Shown here in pieces: positions 27,064 through 37,077 of a DNA stretch of 64,000 bases. The position numbers and the translations under genes are program-made. Under the pieces are notes generated by a model. The model made no database searches, was not told the DNA's origin, and worked only from the letters and a program-made list of their open reading frames with translations. The stretch spans positions 989,868-1,053,867 of the forward strand of contig ML992507.1 of NCBI GenBank assembly GCA_010093995.1, given 5' to 3'. The first letter of the stretch is position 1; every line of letters starts with the position of its first letter. The stretch comes from Elsinoe ampelina. Taxonomy: Eukaryota.

Positions 27064-28657
27064 TCAAACGCCGGGGTTTGTAGTCTCTTCCTTTGTGTGT
27101 GCCTTTCCTGGAATTCTCACTGACCACTGATGTTTGACACCCTCATCATAGCGTTCGACCTTTGCTTTTGCCTGCTTGTCGAACTTTGGATGATCAATTT
27201 GCCAATTTGCCCTGCGCGCCAGCTCCGAAACCACGTCGTCGCAGTAACCGACCAGCTGGATATCGAAGTTGATGTGTTTCACGGGCTCCCTTGAAATGTA
27301 GATATGTGGTACCGAGGATGGCACGAAGTTGGGTATCTCATTCACGGGTGCAACCTTCATGGATGTGCCAATGACTACCACCAAGTCGACGAGGTCCTTA
27401 TCAACATCTGTGAGGCGGTCGAAGAAGTGGTTAGGTAGCTTCTCGCCGAAGAAGGTGATCCCAGGCTAGCACTGGTCAGTCCTGCCATGAAGAGACGTAT
27501 ATCATACTATCTTACCTTCATGACGCCTGCTTGTGGTATGTCATACTCCCCATCACTATCGTCGTCGGAGAAGCCCGACTTCCTTGTACGACTGCTATTC
27601 GCACTGCCTCGCTTCCTCTTCTTTGGCTGCTGTATCTTGAGGAGCCTCTCACACGCCTGGCACTTCGGAACTTTCTGTGCTTTGACGTGTTCGAATATAT
27701 CCAGTCCATCAATCGTGTGTCCACACTTTCGACATACTGCTGTGGCCCAGGAGCCATGGCACTGGACTAGCTTCTCCGGCTTGATCCCAGTAAATTGTTC
27801 AATGTTGTCAATGTTCTGTGTGTAATTTGTCAAGAGCTTGTCTTGATCCTGGAGTAGCTTGATGAAGGCATGGGTCGGAGAGCACTTGTCTACGACGGGA
27901 AGAATTTCTCCAGCCAAGGAGTAGAAGATAGTAGGATCTTCGTCGAAGAGATGGATGTCGAAGACCTCTTCTGGTTCTGTGAATCCACGCTCCTGAAGTT
28001 GAGAGTAGAAACCAGTGTTCTTGGACCTGAAGTCAGGGATGCCCAAAGAAGTAGATATGCCGGCTCCTGTGATGACCATAATACGTTTTGACTTCTTGAG
28101 CAGTGCGACCGCATCGTCGATGTTGTTGTATTGAGGTAGCTTCTGGCGTCTTCGCAGCTCTCGCTCAATTGCCTCGCGCAGGATCCGGACATACCAAGAG
28201 TCAGGGAATGGTAGATTAGGGCGGACACCAAATGCAGTCACCAATTGGCGAAGCGTGTACATCTCGTCGTTCAGTGTCTGCTTGATGAATTCTTTCGCTC
28301 CAACATTGCGCAGCAGAGCTCGTAATTGCTTGGCTTCATCTGGGTCGCATCCTTCTTCGTGTTCTGTGGCGAGTGTCAGTGTGGTGGGCACTGGTCGCAC
28401 AAAGCTTTATGACCCTCAGCTCTATATGGATGATCTTCTGCATCATCCATTGTTTCCTCCAGGATCGACGAACTTGGTGAGCCAACATCGTCTGAATCTT
28501 CGCCATCGTCGTTCCCTTCGATGCGTTCCGGGGCGGAGGCTGTGCCTGACTCTGGTGTGCCACCGCCTGATCCTGTCACAACTGGGTGATTTGCAATGCT
28601 CTGCGCAGATTTGCTTCGTTTCATGGGCGGAGGCCCAGCCGCTCGAGGCTGCAACAT
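27064..28657 (-). CDS. SIR2: NAD-dependent histone deacetylase Sir2/Hst1 (3 exons)
   Basis: [64 protein letters not shown]. Confidence 0.93.
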
Positions 28658-29109
28658 GGCGGAAGTATGAATGTAAAGAGGACAATCGGTCGTGCGAAGA
28701 TCAGATGTATATCACGCAGCTTGGCATCAGGTCCTATGCATCAACATCGGATGTGGACAACCGGACAAGTCACGAGGTCCTGTGGCTCCTGACATGTGAT
28801 CGAGTGATATGAATTATATACAGCTATTCCCAAATCATGCACACACTTGTGCAGTCCGTCCCAATAGTTTCCCCGTCGAGCCAACTTGAGACTGGCTCGC
28901 TAACATCGCTCTATATGATTGGGTCGCCTGTCTGTTCCTCTACCCCAACAGCTTCCATTCGACTTTGCGAGGAGTCTGGAAACATCATTTGTTGATCTTG
29001 TATGTCCCGCAAGACTGCTTCGTTGCTGGGATCGGGATGGCCATGGCTGCCGAACCCCCGTGTCACGCTCCTGATGGTTCACTGCTCATCAGGCATAGAT
29101 GACTGGGCT

Positions 29110-29914
29110 TCATCTCCATCCACCAACTCTACCTTCATCCCACCGCATCTTCCTCTCATTCCTGAGATACGCAATTTTCTTCACCTCCCTTACCCGCCTG
29201 ATAAATTCTTGCACCTCCCTGTCACTAGCTAGCCCACCTTCATCCAAGAACGATTCTTCGGTAACTTTCACAAGCGAATCTTGTTCTTGTGCACTGGCAT
29301 TGAGTCTCTGATACAACGCTGGTGGACTAAATTCGCTTAGCTCTCGCTCCGTTTCAGTGATCTTCGAGCGGTGTTGCTGCTCAAGAGCACGAAGCGACAG
29401 CAAACGAGATTGAGTCGATGATCTTAATGACAGAAGTTGCGATTCCAATCGAAGAAGCGAATTTGACAATTCAACATTAGATTCCAGCAACTGCTTCAGG
29501 GGTTCTTGTGATTGGCTGATGGACGGATGTGAGGTCGCCGGGTTGTCGAGAAGAGCAGCCTGCAATTCCGGATGCTCAACGAGATGGTGAAGATCCTGAG
29601 TCCTACGCTGATCAATGAATGCTCGGCCAGGTTATCCTGTCACCTTACGACTTATCACTTATACCTGCTGGTAGCCAGCCAGGCTGCGGTGGCGTTATCT
29701 GCAGCTGTGCCGACGGATCGACATGCCCTTGATATCCGCCCTGATGATCACTATTCTGAGCACCAGGCTGCTGAGGAGGCGGTGGGAGTGGCGGTCCTCT
29801 CGATGGTGTTTGCGATCCGCTGCCTGGCTTGGGTGGTGGCGGCGGAGGAGTGGATGGGTTGTAATCGTGAGACGCCGAGCGAAAATGCCCTTGTGACGGC
29901 ACACTATATGACAT
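29110..29914 (-). CDS. VPS37: ESCRT-I subunit Vps37 (Mod(r) domain), 2 exons
   Basis: Pro-rich N-terminus (PPPPPPKP), coiled coil, FSPPALYQRL...EESFL...FIRRVREVKKIAYLRNER, C-terminus RVGGWR. Confidence 0.75.
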
Positions 29915-30245
29915 GTTGACACATATCAGTCCTGTATCAGAGAGAAGCTGGCAGCTTTTTGGAGAAGAGATCGAGGAATTAAAGGTAGGTAAGGATACCT
30001 GCATGAGCTGACTTCGACAGCCGTGATGAGCATCGTTGGCTGGGAGAGCTAGTCGAAGCGAGAGGTGGAAAGTTTAGCCGAGAGCCGCATTTTTTCGGCT
30101 TCAAGAAATTCTCCTCGATAGAGAGACCGACTTTCTTCAACCTCGAACACTGGTCAGCTCTGCGCTTGTCATGGAGTGAGACCGTATCGGCGGCAACATA
30201 ATAGGTATGTCAACACTCGTCCGCTCAACCACCCCATCTAGTCAT

Positions 30246-30322
30246 TGGATGAACATTTCCACGAACAATCCAAATCCTAGTTCATGGTGCGGATACAATT
30301 GAAAGCTCTAGAATTACACTGA
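30246..30322 (+). ncRNA. Box C/D snoRNA, U45-like (18S guide) plus a 25S D' guide
   Basis: C box TGGATGA; AGCTCTAGAATTAC-A-CTGA is antisense to 18S GUAAUUCUAGAGCU (the +5 rule gives the human Am159-equivalent A); GAACAATCCAA is antisense to LSU UUGGAUUGUUC. Confidence 0.8.
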
Positions 30323-30521
30323 TCGACCGAAATCTTCTCATAACTAGCTGCCTGGTATGCAAAGAGATCACTCTGACACAATGTACAGTCTGTTCCTCGC
30401 CCCCTTGACGATACCATCATGAGCTCGCTGCAAAGGTCATCTGCCCCGAGGCATTGGAAAGAGGAGGATCCATAAAGACATGAAAGGTATGCCTACCCTC
30501 TTCCCTTTCTCCCTCTCTCGA

Positions 30522-30606
30522 GTGATGACCAATCGACACGGAAAGGCATTCCTCAATCCGAACTACACTGTTGAACCTGTCAAAATCAAGTTTCAGCCTT
30601 GTCTGA
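30522..30606 (+). ncRNA. snR41: Box C/D snoRNA snR41 ortholog
   Basis: GTGATGA ... AAGTTTCAGCCTTG-T-CTGA is antisense to 18S CAAGGCUGAAACUU (Gm1126 by the +5 rule). Terminal GAG/CTC stem. Second element AGGCATTCCTC is antisense to 18S GAGGAAUGCCU. Confidence 0.85.
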
Positions 30607-30711
30607 CTCCATCCACTTTACACACAATCCTGCAATTCCTATCTTGACTGGAAGCTGACAGTCTGACCAGGTACATTTCTCATCTTCGTTGAATCGATTC
30701 CGGCACGCTTT

Positions 30712-30835
30712 ATGAAGAATACTTGAACGAACGGGCGGACAGACTGCGCACTCCATCTACATGTCCGATCAAACGAGGCGTACAAACCTCGTGGGTATGG
30801 ATGATGGAAGTGTTTGTTGAGACTTCGTCAGCTGA
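30712..30835 (+). ncRNA. snR70: Box C/D snoRNA snR70 ortholog
   Basis: ATGAAGA C box; ACGGGCGG-A-CAGA is antisense to 18S CCGCCCGU (Cm1639); accessory GTACAAA is antisense to UUUGUAC; C' GGATGA; terminal CTGA. Confidence 0.8.
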
Positions 30836-30939
30836 TCACGCTTCTTTGCATCTCTCTCAAGATTCAAGTCAGCGGGCGACCTGGACTGACGCTTAGCAGG
30901 TACATATTCGTTCACCCTTTGCCAACCTTGTTGCTTTAG

Positions 30940-31007
30940 AGGATGAATCTTTACTATTCACACTGTTTGAGCTGGTGTTCCAGCTGTGAGACGTTACAAA
31001 AATCTGA
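30940..31007 (+). ncRNA. snR51: Box C/D snoRNA snR51 ortholog
   Basis: AGGATGA C box; TATTCACACTG-T-TTGA is antisense to 25S CAGUGUGAAUA (Um2729); CTGATTTAATGAG is antisense to 18S CUCAUUAAAUCAG. Order snR41-snR70-snR51 matches the yeast cluster. Confidence 0.8.
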
Positions 31008-31212
31008 TTTAATGAGGTCGGTTGCCTGCCTCATCGTCGTCTTGGAGCATCACTGACCTGCTTGACAGCCTGAAATATAGCTTTAGCAGAGCGACTGCGC
31101 ACACTACTTAGCAATGGCGCCAAGACTGACTTCTGCCAGTGCAACTCCTTCATGCCGGCCGGCGTGAATGTGTGTCATATCTGGTAAGCCAATCTTTCCT
31201 TTCCCCCCCAAC

Positions 31213-31292
31213 CTGATGAACAACAATATTTCGCTGTGTTCTTACCTAGACCTGTCATTGAGGATACACATCATTTCACTTTGGAGACCTGA
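31213..31292 (+). ncRNA. Box C/D snoRNA, U55-like (LSU guide) plus a 5.8S D' guide
   Basis: CTGATGA C box; TTGGAGAC-CTGA is antisense to LSU GUCUCCAA (same register as vertebrate U55); ATTTCGCTGTGTTCTT is antisense, with one G:U, to 5.8S AAGAACGCAGCGAAAU. Confidence 0.8.
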
Positions 31293-33543
31293 TTACCCTT
31301 TCCACCTGCCTTACCTATCAAAACTTCCGTGGTGCATCAGATACTGACTGGACTACAGAGGATGTGAGCCACGAGATTATTTGTGCCACGGGGCCGATCT
31401 ATGCATGTAACCCTCCCCTACCCATCACACACGCTAGTCGTGCAACTCAAAGTAAGCTCGTGAGTCTAGCTGCGATTTCTCGGCGCCCTTCCTGTACTCG
31501 TAGTAAAGCATATCAAGGACGGTGCCATCGTTGACCTGAGCTTGGGGTACATCAACGTCCGCCCCGAAATCTAACATGCAATTGAGCGATTAGGTTGTGA
31601 TGGACGCCACCACAAATGGCTCAAGCTCCTGTCACGCATTGGAAGGGCAAGTCGAAGCGGCCTGGAAGCTATCTGGACCTCAAAATTGAGGCCGTTGGCC
31701 GAAGTATGGTTCGCTGTGGCCGAAGTGTAAACTTTGTACACTTCAGCTTTACTCTTGGTCATTCACAAGTGTTGATGAGGGCTATTTCCCAATGCCGACA
31801 TGGCTCACCTCCTGGATCTCACGCTCTCAACGTGGCCACTCGAAGTACAGCTTGCGGACGCGATCGGAAGACAAATCAGAAACTTACTTACCTGCCATTT
31901 CCAATCAAGCGTGCTTGCCAGCCATTTTCCACGTGCATGATACCTTGAATAGACGCAACCTGGACATGCACCACCTGGACGAAATGATCGGCACTCAATG
32001 ATTAGCGACGTCTTCACCGCTTCGGACAAAAGCCCTCTGAATGAGACAAGACCATAACGTAGGGTAGTCCTGCATGCGCTGACCCCGCACAGGCCAACAG
32101 CCGTGTGGATGGCGGGACAGTAATGCACATCTGTCGCATTCCTTGCGACGCTAAACCACATTCCGGACCCCTGTGCTACACGAGCGGCCCGGCCATCAGG
32201 ACAAAGGTAGTGCCAAGAGCCACGAACGACGACGGCCGGAAATACCGAAAGGCAGGTGATTGGACCATCTACGTCGCCTGCATGCCACCGGATGCGACCG
32301 AGCTGCATGTCGTTCAATTTGCTACCGCGAGTCCGGAACGAGTGCATGACTGCATTGCGCTGTTGAGGAATGGAGCCGTACATTCGCTGTTTTTGGTTAA
32401 ATCCTCATCGCTGGCAAGGCTGTCCCTTGCTTCACCCAACTGTCACTACCACATGTTCCTGCGCATGATTCCAAACAATGTGCTGTTTGCTCGACGCAGT
32501 GTGGCCATTATGAAGCTCACAAAGTTCCCCAGCTGATATTGCGGCATGACGAGGGTGACGATCATCGCCGACCCAGCACCGCGGTTGAGAGCCCTGACAG
32601 GACCAGGGTGGTACGGAGTATTGGCCAGCTGGTCGTACACGCCGTTCTTCCCAAACACAGACGTGGGTCATGACGATGTCGTTTTGATGGTTGTCGTCTG
32701 CCCATCATCGCCTTGTGGAGGAGTATCCACGTCGCTGGGTCGATACAAAAGGATACTTTAGGCGAACAAGCATGAGGGTATGCTCAAGCTCTGTCGATCC
32801 CGCTGGATAGCGTTACGGGCCATACCGGCAACCAAACATCGTTGGGTCATCGTCCAAGCTCCACTACGTGCAGCCAACGTAGTCCTCTAATGCAGAGCTC
32901 TAAAGCAAGACTACTGCCGTGTTCACCATGAACGTTCGCATGTTTCGGTGTGGCCTCTGGCGCCCAGGAAACTTCCAGTGTCGTATACCGCCTCCCGTCC
33001 GGATGCGGCTCGAATATGTAGGAGAAGGTCCAGGCGCTCTCCTGCAGGACGAATGCGGCTAACAGTACTCGTCCGCAATCTGCTATTCAGTAAGCTGTAT
33101 CTGTGAACCTCCTGTACTTATACTGAGCAGTGTTCAACAAAGGACAGTCTTTCTCCTTCTTCTGTTTGTCTTACTGAACAGATCTGGCAAGATTGAGTTC
33201 CTTCAAGCGCCTTTGCTCGACGCCTTGCCCGACAAAGCGATACCGCTCGAACACAGTGTGCGACGCCTGGAGCCAAATCCACCTACGACTGTCTAGTCTT
33301 AGCTCGCTGAGCACAGATTGGCACCCACTACTGCACGGCATAGACTCAGACCGCCTGCCATACCATACTGTCGGGAACCTCTTCTGAAACATCCTGCCCG
33401 TACTGGTTCTCTCCGCGTTGCCTGAAGGTTAAGCGCTGCAATAACCACACTCGTTTGTTCGTCCATCAAAAGAAGTACCTGTCGCACATTCTTTGTGGTC
33501 GTATGACATTCGATTTTCAGATCCACGAAGCACAAACGCCATA

Positions 33544-34913
33544 ATGTCCAACAACGTTTCCGACTACAACCTTCACTATGTCGCTGAGCACAACGCTCAC
33601 TTCGATGGAGCACCATGGAATGACACTTTCAACTTTGACCTTGTTCGTAGACCTCACACACCTTGTATCTTCATCGCTGACTTTGATAGGACCATACGTC
33701 CACGGAGCAGACCTTCACGTATCCCGATCCACAACAGACGATAGCGACCATCGAAGACGTGATCAATGTCAGCACGACGCCCCAAGACGTTGATGATGCC
33801 GTTCAGACACGCAGTGGTAGAGTCACTCGCCGTACACAGTCTCCAAAAGTCGCCAATGGTGTGAACAAATCGAGATCCTCCAACTCACCCCGACCGAAAC
33901 GGACCAAGGCTCGCAAGGACAAGGTGAAGACTGTCCATCTACCTGGACCGTTGAGCGAGATCACCGCCGACTCTTCGATACCTGTCAGGGATATTGAAGC
34001 TTGGGTGACCAGGCCCGTCGAAGATCGCATCCAGGAGTCACACAAGCGGAAAGGATACATCGCCAGACCGATGAACTCATTCATGTTGTACCGTTCTGCC
34101 TACGCCGAGAGAACGAAGGAATGGTGCAAGGAGAACAATCATCAGGTTGTGTCCTCTGTTGCTGGCGAGAGCTGGCCAATGGAATCGGATGAGTTGAGGA
34201 ACCAGTACAATTCTTGGGCCAAGGTGGAGAGAGACAACCACGCCGCTGCCTTTCCCCACTACAAGTTCTCACCAAGTAAGGCCGGTTTGAAGAAGAAGGA
34301 CGAGGACCTGTATGGACCAGATCCAGACCAGGGTGATTCGGATGCCGAATATCTCCCTTCCAGACGCATACAAAGACAGTACGCGGACCAGCACCACGGT
34401 ACTTCGATGCGGTCTTCCAGTCCTGCCATCTCGGACGCATATTCTTCAGGTGTCGAGTACGATCAGACCAACTACCAGTGGGTTGGACAGCCACAGATGG
34501 CACGACCATTACCAGCACCGTACGGCTTTGCAACACCATACACAGGACAGCATCCTGCATACCCTGTCCTTGATCGCAATTACTCCTTCCCACAGACTCA
34601 GCAGCAGCCAAACTATACTTCTCTGCCTCAGGGATACAACATGAACTGGAATGGAGGCCATGTCGAGCCGCAACAAGATCTGTACTTTTCATCGCCGTTT
34701 GCTCAGCAACAACAGCAGCAGCCGCAACAGCAGCAGCATCAACAGCCACCTGCTATGACCTTCGATCAGAGTCTTCAAAGTCCTCGTTTCGCGTATGTCG
34801 ATAGCAACGGGTTGGGAGAATGGAATGACTTTGGTGTGGACCCGAGGCTGACTACTAGCGAGTTGGACGCCGGGTACAGTAGGGACATGGACAGGGACAG
34901 GAACGCCCATTGA
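33544..34913 (+). CDS. MATA-type HMG-box transcription factor (Ste11/FMF-1/PaHMG5-like)
   Basis: IARPMNSFMLYRSAY...NNHQVVSSVAGESWPME...ERDNHAAAFPHYKFSP HMG box and Q-rich C-terminus. Exon 1 33544-33642 and intron 33643-33689 are in frame. Confidence 0.85.
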
Positions 34914-35296
34914 GATGTACCAATCCCTTCTTCCGGCCGCTAGACGTCATCTGTACATGTCACTCAAGTTGTAATTTGATATGTTAATGCATAATCTGAA
35001 ACGTGCTTCTCACCTGCATGCTCGGTCCCACACGTGCTTTGCTCTTGTGTAACCTCGATCATAGTCGCGCCCGGAATGGGGGCGTTACCTAACGATCTTC
35101 TTTTTCCATGCGGATCACTCAATGCTACGATACAGCAGACAGTGGAATGATCATGCATATAGTTCGTGAATAAAGAAGTCAACCTCACAAACCGCTCAAA
35201 AGCGCCATCAACCCCTCGGTCTTGGCAATCGCGTCGCCTCCCTCACAACCAGCACCTCACCACGAATCCGCCACCTCGTCCTCGAAAACCATCACA

Positions 35297-36039
35297 ATGA
35301 GCCGGGAACTCGGCGACAAGCTCGTAAGTCCCACCGCACCCGCGAACCCCCTTTCCACTTCCCCTCTCCCTTGGCGCCATTCTCACACCTCCCCCAGGTC
35401 CAACAAGCCAAACGCGAGCAATCCCTTGCCCAACTCCTCCCTTACGAAACCGAGACCGTCCGCCTCCTGACCCGCCAAGTCCGCGACCTGAACAAAGACG
35501 TCGCCGCCATCCTCGAGCCTTTCTCTGGGTCTTTCAACCCGTCCCAGGACCCAGCAACCGCATGTCTGCTGCTCGTGAACCACCTCACCATGCGCCGGCA
35601 GAAGCGCTGCCTGTTGGCTTACCACCGCGTACGCACGGGCAAGCTAGAGCGACTATGCTGGGAAGGCAACGAGATGTCCTTCAACCCGTCCACTTCCTCG
35701 ACCAACTTTAGCGGCGCGGCGGGGGCCAGCGGTGGGGGCGACGGCAGCGACGGGCAAGGGCAAAGCCAGGTGGCCAACCTCAGCCCGGAGGAAGAGGAAT
35801 ACGTGCGTGCCTACGGGGAATTGCTCGCCGGGTACAAGGGGCAGTGGACGGATGTGGATCTCACGGGGAGCATGGAGCCGCCCAGGGATTTGTTCATTGA
35901 TGTGCGCGTACTCAAGGATGCGGGGGAGATTCAGACAGAGTATGGGGCGATTAATTTGACGAAGAATAGCCAGTTTTATGTCAGGCAGGGGGATGTGGAG
36001 AGGTTGATTCAGCAGGGGTATTTGCAGAGGTTGGGATAG
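35297..36039 (+). CDS. PSF1: GINS complex subunit Psf1
   Basis: MSRELGDKL, intron 35324-35397, then RRQKRCLLAYHRVR, LSPEEEEY, DLTGSMEPPRDLFIDVRVLKDAGEIQTEYG. Confidence 0.93.
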
Positions 36040-37077
36040 GGAAGGGGGAGGGGAATGGGTATTCGTTCATGGTACGAGGGTCGGTGGTACAGTGGAGGAG
36101 TATGAGTGATGGTATGGCATGAGTATTGGCAGAGGTTAGGGTGAGAATGGGAAGGGCCGCTCAGGTATGGATAGCGGACTCATGAACAGCGGGCATTGGA
36201 TGAAGCTGCGGCGTCAGGTCCGGGGAACGAGGTGGCAGGTCGAGGAATGGGACAGGCGATGACGAGCATGACAGTAGTGTCGATTCATACCGCATGGAGA
36301 CCTCGCAAAGGGCCTGATGAGACGACGGCGAATATGCAGGTCGAGTGACTTTTCGCAGTCTAGGTCTGATGAGTGTCTCAGCCATACTGGGATGGTAGGT
36401 CTTCGATCAGGGCAAGGAAGGAATCGATGTCTCGGGCGGATGACGATGGCAACTGTTGGGACAACTGTCGGGTCATCGTCCGGGTCTTGATGGAGACGAC
36501 GTGGTCATTGACGTCGTCCTGTGCAGATAGACAGGTGGTTGGAGTAGTCAAAGTTGAACATGTGTTCGACAGACGCGAAGGAACATGGTCAAAGTGTTCT
36601 TTTCGCAAGAGGCCAGAAATTGTGACGCGGAAACGTCTCAAATCGCATTCCCCCTGGATCCATGACTCGTGGAAATCGCACTTCTCCAGCGAATCAAATG
36701 GCCGTGCCTTGCATTCCTAGCATCGGCTTAGCCTGATTGATTTTCATGTCCCCGGCGGCAACACTTGTTTCTGTGCCAGTATGTTGCTAACACTACTCGT
36801 ATTTTCCTACTGTTGAGAGCTGTCTTTGCCGCTCCAATCCCAATCTCTTCTTTCTCTCAGCGATTCCACGCCACGACATGACTTTGTACGACTAGACACG
36901 ACCCTACCTTAATCAGACTCTCCCCCAAGATAACCCTCGGACCGCCTCCTTCCTACCACCGACTAGTCCGCCGTTGACTCTCTTTCGCCAATCCCACCGA
37001 CCTCCTTTTCTCTAGTCTGGTAGAGGTTGCGGGCATGCTTTGGTTCTGAGCGAGCACGCGCCATCTACCGGACTGCC

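Larger units (their letters stand above)
30150..31450 (+). ncRNA. Non-coding spliced host transcript of a 5-member intronic box C/D snoRNA cluster (ends approximate)
   Basis: No ORF in any frame. Five GT..branch..AG introns (30205-30347, 30487-30670, 30671-30899, 30900-31068, 31184-31358), each containing a C box...CTGA unit with rRNA antisense elements. Confidence 0.85.

Noticed and set aside
31640..31655. TTGGAAGGGCAAGTC, resembling 18S UUGGAGGGCAAGUC (possible sixth, minus-strand snoRNA)
   Set aside because: Needs a bulge, has no good C/D boxes and is opposite to the cluster orientation; probably chance.
31805..32761. Several 70-190-aa ORFs upstream of the HMG gene
   Set aside because: No recognisable domain or codon bias; overlapping on both strands.
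33544..34913. HMG gene as mating-type MAT1-2-1
   Set aside because: No intron inside the HMG box, no APN2/SLA2 neighbours, and the sequence fits the Ste11/FMF-1-like class better.
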